From Mobula hypostoma (lineage: Eukaryota): a stretch of DNA of 64,000 nucleotides. Position 1 is the first letter of the stretch, and the number at the start of each line of letters is the position of its first letter. The position numbers and the translations under genes are program-made. Where the stretch lies: NCBI RefSeq assembly GCF_963921235.1, contig NC_086108.1, positions 66,218,001 through 66,282,000 of the forward strand, given 5' to 3'. This document shows positions 49,221-62,914 of the stretch, piece after piece. The notes under the pieces were generated by a model that was not told where the DNA came from, did no database searches, and was given only the letters and a program-made list of their open reading frames with translations.

Positions 49221-52154
49221 ATTAATGTCATCATCCCTTTTTTATTCCACAGTTCTATGAAAGTTGCCTTGGCAGGTACGCCGTCCACAATATTCTCTCT
49301 GAGCACTGTCCGTCAGGTGTGTCATCTGTCTGTCATCTTCCCTGGTGAGCAATGCTGCCCCTCCCCCAGCTATCATGTCTAAAACAATGGAACCCCAGAA
49401 CAGTGAGCTGTCAGTCCTGCCCCTCTTACAACCTATGATTACAGTATCTTAATTCCATGTGCATTTAATTCTGGAAGTTCATCTGCTTTACCTACAATAT
49501 TCCTTGCAGTGAAATAGATGTAGCTCAGAATATTAGTCCCAACCAACTCAACCTTTTGGTTCCCATCTTTGCTTATAGTCTTAACATCTACTTTTTTTGT
49601 AGCCACTCCACTTGCTGTCCAGGCATTCTGGTTCCCACCCTCTAACTCTAATTTAAACCCTCTCCCCACCCCGAGCAGCACTAGCAAAACCTTCCTGCAA
49701 GATATTGATCCCCTTCCATTTTGTGCACACTGTCCTGTTTGTACAGATCCACCTACTCTAGAAGAGAACCTAATGATCCAAATAACCAAAGCCCACTCCT
49801 TGTAGAGGCATTATTGATACTATCTCTCCAATCCTCCAAGGTGTCTGTTATAGATTGTCCATATCTCAGAAAAAGAGAAGAGAGCAGGGATCACTGTTAC
49901 CTTTGACCAGTTTTCAACCCTAGAGTCCAAACATTGTCCTCCTCATTAGTCAAAGCCTATGAGCTATGGGAAGTTGTTCATATTTTCCAAAACCTTCATT
50001 ATTGGATGTCAGGGATGTACAGCTAAAACAAGTTAGTAGGAGACCTTTGTTTTGTAGATGTTTAGTGAAAGGGCCACTTGTACACTTTAGTGAGTGTATC
50101 ACGACCTGGAAATAAGTCCAGGAAGTTACTTCTTGGATGACTTGAGATTGGAGTAACCTTGTTTCTGAAATGGAGGTGGCAATGGTAGTTGGTTTTCCAT
50201 TCATCCTGTACGAAATTGCTGCGGTTAATAGTTGTATTGTGGAGCGAAAGATGGAGAGGAGACTGGGGCAAATATGTACCCTGCTTGACTCAAGTCTCCA
50301 TTGGGGTTGAATCTGTGGTGGAAATAATGGTTACAATCATAACTTGCAGGTTTTATTGCAACTGATGAAGAATGCAGAATTTCTTATGGTGGGCAAACTT
50401 GAGGAGGTTTCTTTACATTGTTTCTAGATTGGTAGTGTCACAGGCTATTGTAAGGACAAGTAAGGCCGTATAAGCAGACAATAGTGCTCATTGCACTTTT
50501 ATTCAAGTTTTCATCGGATGAAATCACATCCATTATGCCTCCAGAAGAACAGAATATGCACTGCGATTTAGGGAGCAGTCGCACTCACTGGGAGGGAAGG
50601 TTGTGGAGGGCCTTTCCAATTACTATAAATCCAGCTAAGTGTAGTTGATTTGCCAATTTAATATCAAAATTCAGGGGATTGGTGGAAAAATTCCAAACAG
50701 GACTGCAACTGCTACAGTTACACCAAACCGAATGCACGCAGGTTCGTTCCAATAGTTTATAATTTATCATTGAATGTTAGGTATAATTATTCAAGGTTAT
50801 TACTGTGGTGAATGAAAATCACTTAAAATCAAATGATTTTAAAATCAAGTTTTCTAAATCAATATATAGAGGTACCTATGAGAGAGGATGCAATACTTGA
50901 TCTCCTATTAGGGAACCAGACAGGTCAGGTGACACAAGTATGTGTAGACGAACATTTTGGGTCCAGTAACCATAATGTCATTAGTTTCAAGTTAATTATG
51001 GATAAGGATAGGTCTGGTCCTCGAGTTGAGGTTCTAAATTGGAGAAGGGCCTATTTTGTGGAACTGAGAAACGATCTAGGAGAAGTGGATTGGGATAAGT
51101 TGTTTTCTGTAAGTGTTCTTGTACTTGTGTTCAGTAAGTGGAAGGCCTTCAATGGCAAAATTTTGAGAGTGCAGTGTTTGCATGTTCCTGCCAGGATTAA
51201 AGGCAAAGTTAACAGGCATAGGGAACCTTGGTTTTCAAGGGATATTGGTGGTCTGGTTAAGAAAAGGAGAGAGGTGTATAGCAGGTATAGGCAACAAGGA
51301 ACAAATGAGGTACTTGAAAAGTATAGAAAATGTGAAAAAATACTAAAGAAGGAAATCAGGAAGGCAAAAAGAAGACATGAGGTTGCTTTGGCAGATAATA
51401 TGAAGGTAAACCCAAAGTGCTTCTACAAGTATATTAAGAGTAAAAGGATAGTAAGGGACAAAATTTGTCCCCTAGAAGATCAGAGTGGTCGTCTATGTGT
51501 GGAGCCTCATGAGATGGGGGAGATCATAAACAGAGTTTTTTTGCATCAGTATTTACTCAGGAAACTGGCATAGTGTATATGGAAGGAAGGGAAACAAGCA
51601 GTAGTGTCATGGAACATATAGAGATTAAAGAGGAAGAGGTGCTTGCTACCTTACAGCGAATAAAGGTAGATAAATCCCCTGGGCCTACAATGATACTTCC
51701 TCGGACCTTGAGAAAGACTAGTGTAGAAACTGCAGGAGCCCTGGCAGAAATATTTAAAACATCCTTAGCCACGGGTATGGTGCCAGATGATTGGAGGGTA
51801 GTTCATGTTGTTCCGTTGTTTAAAAAGGCTCCAACAGTAATCCAGGTAATTACAAGCCAGTGAGCCTGACATCAGTAGTAGGTAAATTATTGGAAGGTGT
51901 TGTGAGAAATTGGATATACAAGTATTTGGACAGCCAAGGGCTGATTAAGGATAGTCAGCATGGCTTTGTGCATGCTAGATCATGTTTAACGTAGAGCTTT
52001 TTGAGGGGGTTACCAAGAATGCAGACGAAGGAAAGGCTGTGGATGTTGTCTACATTGACTTTAGTAAGGCCTTTAATAATTCCCTGAAAGTGGCGTCACA
52101 GGTAGACAGGATTGTAAAGAAGGCTTTTAGCATCTTGGCATTCATAAATCAAAG

Positions 52155-53095
52155 CCACCTCCAACGGGATCCCACCACTAAGCACATCTTTCCCTCCCCC
52201 CCCCTCTCTGCATTCCGCAGGGATTGCTCCCTACACAACTCCCTTGTCCATTCGTCCCCCCCATCCCTCCCCACTGATCTCCCTCCTGGCACTTATCCAT
52301 GTAAGCGGAACAAGTGCTACACATGCCCTTACACTTCCTCCCTTACCACCATTCAGGGCCCCAAACAGTCCTTCCAGGTGAGGCATCACTTCACCTGTGA
52401 GTCGACTGGGGTGATATACTGCATCCGGTGCTCCCGATGTGGCCTTTTATATATTGGTGAGACCAGACGCAGACTGGGAGACCGCTTTGCTGAACATCTA
52501 CGCTCTGTCCGCCAGAGAAAGCAGGATCTCCCAGTGGCCACACATTTTAATTCCACATCCCATTCCCATTCTGACATGTCTATCCACGGCCTCCTCTACT
52601 GTAAAGATGAAGCCACACTCAGGTTGGAGGAACAACACCTTATATTCCGTCTGGGTAGCCTCCAACCTGATGGCATGAACATTGACTTCTCTAACTTCCG
52701 CTAGGCCCCACCTCCCCCTCGTACCCCAGCTGTTACTCATTTTTATGCACACATTCTTTCTCTCACTCTCCTTTTTCTCCCTCTGTCCCTCTGAATATAC
52801 CTCTTGCCCATCCTCTGGGTCACCCCCCCCCCCGTCTTTCTCCCTAGGCCTCCTGTCCCATGATCCTCTCGTATCCCCTTTTGCCTATCACCTGTCCAGC
52901 TCTCGGCTCTATCCCTCCCCCTCCTGTCTTCTCCTATCATTTTGCATCTCCCCCTCCCCCTCCAGCTTTCAAATCCCTTACTCACTCTTCCTTCAGTTAG
53001 TCCTGACGAAGGGTCTCGGCCTGAAACGTCGACTGTGCCTCTTCCTATAGATGCTGCTTGGCCTGCTGCGTTCACCAGCAACTTTGATGTATGTT
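52155..53095 (+). mobile_element. Young 5'-truncated Penelope-like element with an open GIY-YIG endonuclease frame (to 52704) and pLTR
   Basis: CKRNKCYTC...FTCESTGVIYCIRCSRCGLLYIGETRRRLGDRFAEH...HFN...LGSLQPDGMN. Inserted cleanly between CR1 codons FINQS and IEY with no obvious TSD. Confidence 0.96.
52999..53034 (+). ncRNA. Intact minimal type I hammerhead ribozyme
   Basis: AGTC-CTGACGA-AGG-gtctcgg-CCT-GAAA-CG-TC-GACT: stem I AGTC/GACT, stem II AGG/CCT, palindromic ACGT in place of stem III, predicted cleavage after C53030. Confidence 0.85.
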
Positions 53096-53535
53096 TATTG
53101 AGTATAGTAGTTGGGATGTTATGGGTTTGTTGTATAAGACATTGGTGAGGCCAAATTTGGAGTATTGTGTACAGTTCTGGTCTCCTAACTATAGGAAGGA
53201 TATCAGTAAGATTGAAAGAGTGCAGAGAAGATTTATTAGAATGTTGCCAGGTCATCAGGAGTTGAATTACAGGGAAAGATTGAACTGGTTAGGACTTTAT
53301 TCCTTGGAGCGTAGAAGAATGAGGGGGGATTTGATAGAGGTTTACAAAATTATGAGGGATATAGACAGAGTAAATGAGAGTAGGCTTTTTCCACTTAGAT
53401 TAGGAGAGATAAATACGAGAGGACGTGGCTTTAGGGTGAAAGGGGAAAAGTTTAGGGGTAACATTAGGGGGAACTTCTTCACTCAGAGAGTGGTGGCAGT
53501 GTGGAACGAGCTGCCATCTGACGTGGTAAATGCTA

Positions 53536-53628
53536 CCTCACAGATGCTACCTGACCTGTTGAGTTTCTCCAGCATTTTTTGTGAGTTGCTCAATATTTCC
53601 AGCATCTTCAGAATCTCTTGTTTGTCCA
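53536..53628 (+). mobile_element. PLE pLTR tail fragment
   Basis: cacagatgctacctgacctgttgagtttctccagcatt...ttccagcatcttcagaatctcttgt. Confidence 0.75.
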
Positions 53629-54124
53629 ACTGAGGAAGTTTATTTATGCTTTTAATTATTATGCATGTTTGCATCACAAGGCCTCTTGATCATCTGCTTC
53701 AAGGAGAAAATGCTATAGATTCTTCTCTTGAATGCAGGGATTAGGTTTGGGATTGCAATGCTTCTCTCTTGGCCGAGAGATCAAAAAAGAATGCAATACA
53801 CAAACTTTTGGTTTCTGATTTGGACAATATAAAACATTGATTTCCTTTTATGGCACTTTTAAGCTCATGAAACATTTCAAGCTGCTTCATAACAGTGAAG
53901 TCAGATAAATATTGACAACGAGCCAAGGAAGAAGGCATTAGAATTCATGACCAAATGCTTCGTAAAAGAGAAATTTTTGAAGGATTATCATAAAGCACAG
54001 AAGTTCTGATGGCGAAGTAAGAAAGTTTAACAAAAGAATTCCAACGGCTGGGATGCCCCTGGCCAATGAAGAGACATAGGAATTCAGAGACCCACAGGAG
54101 GACTATGATAATGGAGATAGTGAG

Positions 54125-54240
54125 ATGGCATGGTGGCCTAGCAGTTAGCATAATGCTACTACAGCGCCAGAGACAAAGGTTCAATTTTGCCGCTGTCTGT
54201 AAGTTCTCCGCATGATTACGTGGGTTTGCTCCGTGGATAT
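54125..54240 (+). mobile_element. tRNA-derived V-SINE head
   Basis: ggcatggtggcctagcagttagc (A box), ggttcaatt (B box), gttctccgcatgattacgtgggttt. Confidence 0.7.
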
Positions 54241-55299
54241 TTCCTTAAGGAATTTCCAGAGAAATGGGTGAATCCACAAGAGCTTATTTCTGCAATATTG
54301 TTGACTCAGGGTACATATTAATCATTGTGCATACTGCGTAGAGGGTACCCAGGCTTTGAATATAGTTAAGAGAGTTCTGAGAACATTGGAATAGTTCAGG
54401 TGAAGGAAGCAAAAATATAAATGAGGTTGCAATTATAATAAAGTGAGGCAGTTTGGTTTACAAATGTAAAGTTTTGTCCCAGAGTGCACACAATTATACA
54501 CAAATCTGAATTACATGAAGAAATCAGGCCCGATTTCACTTGAGACATCTGTCAGCTGATAATTTTGTTTTTCATTTTTCCAAATGTGTTGGATCCTGAA
54601 TAGAAATCTGTATCAGATAATATGAATTGGCAAATGAATAATCAAAACAGTTCCAATTGCCAAGTATATTTTCTGCTTGATATTAAAGCCATATAAATAC
54701 AACTAATCAGTTAAAAATCAGACCCAATACTACTCATTTAGAAATAGTCACATTTTTCTTGCATGAGCAATTTTCAATGTATTATATATAGTACTATTTA
54801 CTTGTCCAGTATTTTAAATGTTCCAACAATTTTGAGGAATTTATCCAATGTGGAATAGTAATTGTGTGAAAGAGATCATACCCAAAGCTGGGTTAAAAAT
54901 GCAACTATTTTTTCATGTTTATTACACTATTTTTCCATTAACTATCAGATTTTCCCCATAGTTTGAATGGTTGATAGATCCAAAAAAAGAAACTGTCGTA
55001 TCTGTGGTATTAAAAATAAAACTGAGCTCATTATTCTGCTCTCTTTTTGCACTATTTATTTTTATAGATTTCTTATTGCAACTTATATTTTATATATTAC
55101 ACCGTACTGCTGCCACAAAAAAATCAAATTTCATGAACTATCTAAATAATAGTAGACCTGATTCTGATTCCTAAATTGGAAACCATCAGACCTCTATTGA
55201 CTATCAGAATTGAGGCCTATCGAATTCTTTAGGAACATGAATGATTTCCACAAGCTAAACCAAAATAATAACTTTCAGTTTGATAGCCATTTTACCTTC

Positions 55300-55960
55300 A
55301 TCCAGACAGTCCTCAGTAGCCATATTCCAGACTTCTTGATTGGGAAACCAAAGGCAAATTGGCTGATCACATTGCTGAGAATACAAGACTGAGTATGATG
55401 CAGTACTACAAAGACAGAGAACTGGAAGCTTAACAACTCATCTGTTCTCTCTGCAAGTATGATGGCTAGCTTCCAGTCCTCTGTCTTTTTGTAATTCTCT
55501 ATCCCACTCACTCTTCGTCTTGTCCGCCCTCACCTTCTGACACCATTCTAAATGAATAAAATGGACTCTGAAGGATTGGATGTTCTACGACCTTGGACTC
55601 ACTGCTGAGTTCAATAATTTAAGATCATCATCATTATTTCTGACATGATTTATTTAGCAGGTACTGGTAATAATGATGCTGTTGCCCGAAGACCCATCTT
55701 TTAATCTTTACTTGTGCCATTACTACTACTCCTCCTTACATCATTATCTTTTCCAACATTTAGTCAGTCCTATTATTACCATGTTAAGTAAAATATCCCT
55801 CTTTTATTCTTTCTCCAGAAGTTAATCTATCTTTATTCTTGTTTCAAACATGGCAGGGTTTTTCAATTCTAATTAAAAGTTAAGTTGGTTTTTCTCTCTC
55901 TCCAGTGATTTGCCTGAAATGAATATTTCTACATTTCAACTTCTAAATCAGATTTCCAGT
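55300..55960 (+). mobile_element. Very old PLE relic
   Basis: attgg-gaaaccaaaggcaaattggctgatcacattgctgag (ETKGKLADHIAE) and a decayed pLTR-like tail near 55890-55960. Confidence 0.45.
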
Positions 55961-56099
55961 GCATACGTTGTTGTTTTTGGAATAGCTTATTCATTTAGGT
56001 CCCTTCAAAATGGAAAATCGGTGCAATTACTGTTTTTAAAATAGACATCAATCCTTATCAAATATTCAACTCTATTCACACTGAAAATATTTGTGATAC

Positions 56100-56445
56100 A
56101 ATCAGAATCTGGTTTATTATCACTGTCATATTTGACGTGAAATGTGATGTTTTGCAGCAAAAATACAGTGCAAGGACATAAAATTACTATAAGTTACAAA
56201 ATAAATAGAGCAAAATAGAAATAATAAGATAGATTTCACGGGTTCATGGACAATTCAGAAATATGATGGTGGAAGGGAAGTTGTTCTTGATTCATCGAGT
56301 GTGGGCCTTCAGGCTCCTGTACTTCTTCCTCGATGGTAGTAATGAGAAGAAAACATGTCCCGGACAGTGAGGGTCCCTAATGGTAGATGCTGCCTTCTTG
56401 AAGATGTCCTAGATGGTGGGGAGGATTGTTCCATGATGGAGTTAG
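56100..56445 (-). mobile_element. Rex1/Babar-like 3' fragment
   Basis: Matches 8320-8690 (gtgggccttcaggctcctgtac...gatggtagtaatgagaag). Confidence 0.82.
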
Positions 56446-56479
56446 GATTTTAATAATAAAATGTATCCATTAATCCCAG

Positions 56480-57068
56480 ATAATTGTGGGGCCCATCATC
56501 AATAATGATGAAACAGCCTAAAGAGAGTAGGTGGAAAAGCTTGAGGCCTGGTGCCAGGCAAATAAGCACTTCCTCAGTGTCAACAAGACAAAGGGAATGG
56601 TTGTCATCTTCAGGAGAATTTGAACCACTCATTCCTCTTTTTTACAGCAGCGACACAGCAATAGAAACTGTGAACAATTTCAATATCCTGGGAGTACACA
56701 TCTCACACAATCTCTCATGATCCCAGAACACATTCTACAGAATGCGGAAAGCTCACCAATGCTTCTACATTTTGAGGAGGCTGGAGAGAGCTGGGCTATG
56801 CATACCTATACAAATGTCATTCTACAGAGAACATCCTAACAAGCTACATCACCGTATGGCATGGAAACTGCACTACAGTGGACAGATAGACTCTACAGTG
56901 GGTACTCAACACTGTCCAATGCATCACTGGTACCAGCCTGCCCACTATCAAGGACATATATACATATCTTATTGTGCTTTTTTTTAGTGCTGCATCGGAT
57001 CTGGAGAAACAATTATTTTGTTCTCCTTTACACTTGTGTACTGGAAATTACATACAATTAATCTTGAA
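56480..57068 (+). mobile_element. Rex1/Babar-like RT and 3' fragment
   Basis: IETVNNFNILGVHISHNLS; RKAHQCFYILRRLERAG. Confidence 0.82.
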
Positions 57069-58560
57069 TGTTTATTTACTGCAAGCCTATATTTTCACAC
57101 ATTGTAAGGAAAGGCCCACATAAATCAATATTTTTGCTTTGCATATTGATTCCTCATTACCCTGTTAAATGCTAACTATGACAGAAAAACTGTGATTTAT
57201 GAAAACCAGAAGAACCTAGGGATATGGCAAAACCTAGAGAAGTGGTACAGAAACAGGTGATCAGGGAGATGGCTAATAACATCTGCATCGAAAAGCTCTA
57301 TGGAATGACTATCTCCAACAAAAGATAAATCTAGTTGCCTACCATTTGACATTCAGTGACGTTACCACCACTGAAGTTCCCCAACATCAAATTCTGGGGA
57401 TCACCAATGACCAGTAGCCGAACTACACCGGCCACATTAATAATATGATTGTAAGAGGATCTCCGGGGCTGGATATCTCAGTAGTGTGCCTCACCTTTTC
57501 ATACCTCAAAGCCTTTCTACTGCATACAAAGTGCAATTCAGGAGTGTGATGCGTGGATGACTGCAGCTCCAGAAAAACTCTGGAAACTTGACACTATCGA
57601 ATAAAGAATGCCACTTGATAGATAGCCCGATCTACCCCTCTTAAATAGTTATTCCCTCTACCAGCAGCACACTGACTTCAACGTGTATCATCTACAATTT
57701 CTACGTAATTACTCCACTAGGTTCCTAAACCCACCTAAACACACAACCTCTACCCTCAATTAGGACAGAGGTAGCTGAGAAAAAGAACACCAACTGCAAG
57801 TTCTCTTCTGAGTCACACGCTGTTTTGACTTGCAGAGCTATCAATATTCTTTCACAGTTATTAGATCTAGATCTCACTATTCAACAACATTATGGGGATA
57901 AAAAGTGAAAAACAAAAAAAACTGGAGATATTATAAATCTGAAGAAATGAAAATGCAGGAAAAACTCAGCAGGTCAAGCACCAGCTATGGAAAGAGAAAG
58001 AGTCACCATGTTGGGTCTGCAGATGCTTTCATCAGAAAGGCAGCAGTGATTCAAGAAGATAGTTCACCACCACCTTCTGTCTGCATTTTTGTTGGCTAAT
58101 TAATGCACTTACCGTCTACACCAGCCACATCCTGAGAAATGAATAGATACAAGGTCACCCAGCGAAATTGTAATGCCAGTGTACATAATATTAAGGTTCT
58201 GTGTCAAAACTTATTTGCAAGTTTATCATTCATGGCTGACATAGCCATTCTCAGGAAGTGAGGAAAACCCCCTACTGTACATACTGAATATATCATACTA
58301 TCTTGGTACACAGCCAAGCAAGACACTTAAACTTTAGTATTTGTCAATGTACATCATACATAACATCAAACTTAAATACTATACTAACCAGTATAGCTTT
58401 CAACACATTACTTTTTCCTGTTATGTATTATCTATTATTATTAAAATGGCACAACGGGAAATATGTGAGAATGCTATCGATATTTGAATCTGGACAATTG
58501 GAAGCAAAATCTAACTTAGTTGACTGGAAAACATTCTCGAAGAAAACAGCTCCTAAACAA

Positions 58561-58658
58561 TGATGAAGGGTCTCGGCCCAAAATGTTGACTGTTTATTCA
58601 TTTCCATAGATGCTGCCTGACCTGCTGAGTTCCTCCAGCATTTTGTGTGTGTTGCTCT
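58561..58658 (+). mobile_element. ~98-bp pLTR-only mini-element with an inactivated hammerhead
   Basis: TSD taaacaa (58554-58560, 58659-58665). tgatgaagggtctcggcccaaaatgttgact has GAAA mutated. Confidence 0.85.
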
Positions 58659-61600
58659 TAAACAAATTGTTATCTTGAAAACAAATGGAAATAGTTAACA
58701 AAAGTGAAATCATTCATAAACTCTCCTTCTAAATCAAGATAAAATCTAATAAGGTTAGAAAAGCACATTCCATTATAACTGAAGAATACTTTTATTTGAG
58801 CATTGTTATAATATCATACTCCCTCAGCAAGAAAATGAATGACATGTAATAACAAAACCCAGACTACTGGAATGTTTTAACAATCTTGAAGCATTTATTT
58901 AAAAGTTGTATTTCCCTGAAGAGTGGTCTATGGTCAGATCTGAAGGCAGATCAAAAACAAACAAACACTATCTTTACCAGTCCCTCAGAGTGGTATGAAC
59001 CATCAGGCCTGTCAGCCTCTGTTTTCTTGGCACCTTGACAGCATTCAGGCCCTGGGGCAAAGAACTGGACTGCAAAGTGTTTACAACTTTTGAGAATTGT
59101 AGGCAAAACAGGAAAAGAAGGAAAATGTCAAAAAAATCACAATAAAACAAAGTCATTTGGTGTTTGAAGGAAATGGAATCCATAAACGACCAATTTATGT
59201 GAATGTGGCCTCGAGTTTCGTAATATAATTATCACTCTTACTTGTCTCACAGAGTGCAGTCTTCACTCTCTGCAATACTCTAAAAACATTTTTACCTTAA
59301 AAACCTTATTTTCAAAATATATTAATAAAAAGATGTTTCCTAATAATTCTAGTTGATTGGGAAGAAGTATACCTTAATCACATAGGATATTGTCAACATC
59401 AATAAATCTAAATTACTGCATTAGTCATGTGCAGATCAGTTGCATTATAGAGAGAACTGTTCTGGAAATGAAAAATTTGACAAGCAAATATACCGACAAT
59501 TCACCTCTATCATTTAATCTCAAGGCTCTTATCTTTCAACAATATATCTGATACAAAATAAATCATTTTTGTGGTGTTTGGGCATATGTTTGCTCAGTAT
59601 ATTAATGAGTGCGCATTAGTTATGTTTTGAAGGAATGCTCCAGTCTTATGTTTATCATGAACTGCAACAATAGGTCACTGACAATTGACCTATAATAGTT
59701 TTATTTTATTACAAACTAATCAACAAAGACACAACATAATTATGCATTTCAAAATAAGTAACACTTTATTACCTCAAACTACTTCATTCAAAAATGGCCG
59801 ATTTATATTCTTGATCAATATAAAAAAAACTGTTGGAAATTTTAGAACAACTTGGTGTTTCATGTCTCATATTACTAATACCAGCTCTTAAACTCCACAT
59901 TTATTTAAGAGGCAAAATTTAAATTCCACAGCTTTCATAATGGAATTTGAACCTGCATCTTCAATTCATTATCCTAGGCTCCGGATTACCAGTCCAGGAC
60001 CATGCAGTTCTGCAATTTGGTACCATTCCCTGCTGAGTTAGCATCATTCACACCTACTGAACACAAATAGTCTGTCCATTCTACTCTGGTGTTTAAAGCC
60101 TGTTCCTATTCATATCTGGATTAATCTAAAGCTTATTGGTAGGCTTTCCAGGTAGTAATTCAAAACAATGATTCTATATCTGCTGAGAAGAAATGTATGC
60201 TTTTTATCACCTGAAACAACTCTGAATCATCTCCTCCCATTTAAGATCTTACCCATTAAGAACTTACAAAATATTCTACCTCTTATCAGAACAGGATTAT
60301 AAGTTTTTTTATTAATTCTGCAAGTAAGATAACAACAACATTTTTCTGTGGAACCAAGGAAATACATTGCTATCACTACTTAGGGAATATTGTCCTGGAT
60401 AACGGTCGGCCAACTCATCCATCATTCAGTCTTTTCCTCTACTTCTTACTGGCACCTTCTTCACAATTTTCCTTCCCGCAGCTCATCTCCTCTCAGTTTT
60501 GCTCTTTCTCATATATTATAATATACTTCCTCATATATTATAATATGACATATTATAATGTTTATGGGATTGTGCTTCTCTTGTTTCATACATTCTGGAA
60601 TCCACTTTCAATAAGGAGGAGATGCATTTTATTGTGCCAAGATCTAATGAGTCACACCAAAGGTAATCTCCTTCATGCTTTCTCAAACAACAAACCAAAT
60701 ACAGTGAGAAGGCTTATGTTCTTGACTTTAAATCATTTCAGATCCAGGAATTCTTTCTTTGAGTATCATTCACTTGGCAAATTATTAAAATCTTCCAGTT
60801 GTCAATAAAGCTTAAATTTGATATTTAGAATTGCAATGAAGGTTTAAGGGTCTTCAGGTCTTCCAATGGGTGAATGAATTGAGCCTTATGAGAGATCATA
60901 CAGCAGATGTTTTTCTATGATAACTAAATAGGAGACGATCCTTCTTCTGTTCCATCTGACATTTGATTGTCCATTGTTCATGATTCTTGTGAGTTGTACT
61001 TTCTAACACTTCACAATCCATTGGTCTTTTTAATTTCTAATAGGCAGTGAAGTAAAAGCTTTTCATCTTAAAGGTACAGTACATAAATTTGGTGTATTCT
61101 CTCTGGCCTTTGTCAAAGTCTCCAATTGCAGTAATTTACCAAAAGGATTCACATGTGTTTTCTTAAAATGTGTGCTTTGCCTGCTGGGCATTCACACTAG
61201 CAGCTGGTGATAGGACAAAGCAAGGCTGGAGTTTATCAAATAGTTAACCTACAGACTCATCTGGATGGAACCTGTAAATCAGAAAATGTTATTGTGGGGA
61301 ATGATAGGGATGTGTAGAAATGTGGCACTAGCACTGGCCACCAGCTGCATTTCCTGAAGGAACAGTGCCATGAAAATTTTAAAAGTTCACCAAATATTCT
61401 CTGTGGTCCCATGGGTATATACTATTGATTTCTTCATATAATGTACATTGCAATTCAGTGAATTCCATAACTTCTTGAATCAGAATCAACGTTTCTTTCT
61501 TAGGCCAGCCAAACATGTTGTCTGTCACAACTCCAGCTCAAAATGCTTTTGGATTGATCTCGCCTTTTCCATTCTTTGATACGTGAACAACTTGACTTCA

Positions 61601-62914
61601 TCTCAAATTCCATCCACAGCCCCAACAGCAGCAATGCATAGATCTTCAGGAGAACTTGTCATGACAATGATCAAAATAGCCAGATTGGAAACCAGGGGAC
61701 CCTGAAGGTAAGGAACCTTATGCTGCTCTATTTTTTCCTGACTGGAATGAATGAGGTGGGAAAAGTGCTGTTAATCACAGCAACTCTCATACTGCCAGTG
61801 TGAAGATCAACAACACAGCAGGAGCCATGCCCTCATAATTTGGCTTGCCTAATTTTTAAAGTTGAAAAGGCAAAGGTAATTGTATAAAATATTTATTTAC
61901 AATTATGTCTGCTGGGGAAATGAGAGGAAAAATATTTCTTAGATTAGAAAAAAACATGCTTGATAATTATTTCAGTAAATGCTAATAAGTATAGTTAGTG
62001 TATTAAGAGGTAAACTTGAACCAATTAACACATCTTGTTTTAATAATGAGTAGAAAGTCTCTCTCTCTCTCTCATGACACTGGAGAATACAGTCTTTCCC
62101 ACAGCCACTTTGAGTCTGGGACACATTACAGGACATGTTCCAAGTGGAAGTGATGATTTTTGACCTCGGCCCGGAGCTAGGGAAACACTTCCTGGAGGTT
62201 CATTGGAAACATCACCAGTAAGCAAACCACTTCTCAGGCGAAGAAAGAAGGCTAGCTCAGAAAGATAAATATCCCATCAACAGTAACTTGCCTAAAGCCA
62301 AGTAAACAAGTGACCATTAGTAAAACTGTTCTCTTCCCCCTCTTCTGTTCAGCCTTCACATTGCACAAACTCAGACAATCCGTAGCTTTAGATTGTTGCT
62401 ACTCTCTATGTTCCCTATGCATTGCCACACAGAGCAATCTAAGACAAACTTAATATTTTTCATGTACCAAGGAAATAAAGCTACATAGGTTTCCATTTAT
62501 GGTCACTATGCAATTTCAACTTTGCAATAAGAATGAAAGTGCAGGTGGTAAAGTTAGGTGCAATGTGCAAATTTCAAAACTCATTCCTCTTAGTGTAATT
62601 CATGTTTAGGGGAAACAGTGTGTGATTAACATCAAAAGGAGCACAAACATCATTGTGTGCTTTGGTCTGCATAAATAGCTCTACTTATTATGCAGAAAGG
62701 AATGCTGGAATAAATGAAGAGAATATTTTTTTTGAATCTTCTAACATTTTGGGATGTAAAGTAGTTTCTGAAAGGATGCTGGCTCAAAAGAAACTGGAAT
62801 GAAAACATTTCCTGCAAAACAAATCAATCGTTCCCTTTTCAGACTGTTCGCAGCTTGCTACATTATGTGAAAATTTGGTCAAGGAGATATGAGTAATCCC
62901 TCCAAACAATTTCT

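Larger units (their letters stand above)
47063..49790 (-). mobile_element. Decayed CR1 LINE with two nested insertions
   Basis: LYVNDLD, KVKENHKGFYSSIK, ARNIVGKADEL. Inserts at ~47793-48128 and ~48940-49220. Confidence 0.9.
50848..53530 (+). mobile_element. CR1 ORF2 fragment with RT core deleted and a PLE inserted
   Basis: ORFs 50833-51573 (REDAILDLLLGN...), 51573-51863 (KVDKSPGP) and 53091-53633 (LVRPNLEYCVQFWSP...FFTQRVVAVWNELP). DFSKAF is joined directly to NSLKVASQVD at ~52075. Confidence 0.95.

Noticed and set aside
60508..60546. 17-bp direct duplication ctcatatattataatat
   Set aside because: Low-complexity local duplication with no further structure.
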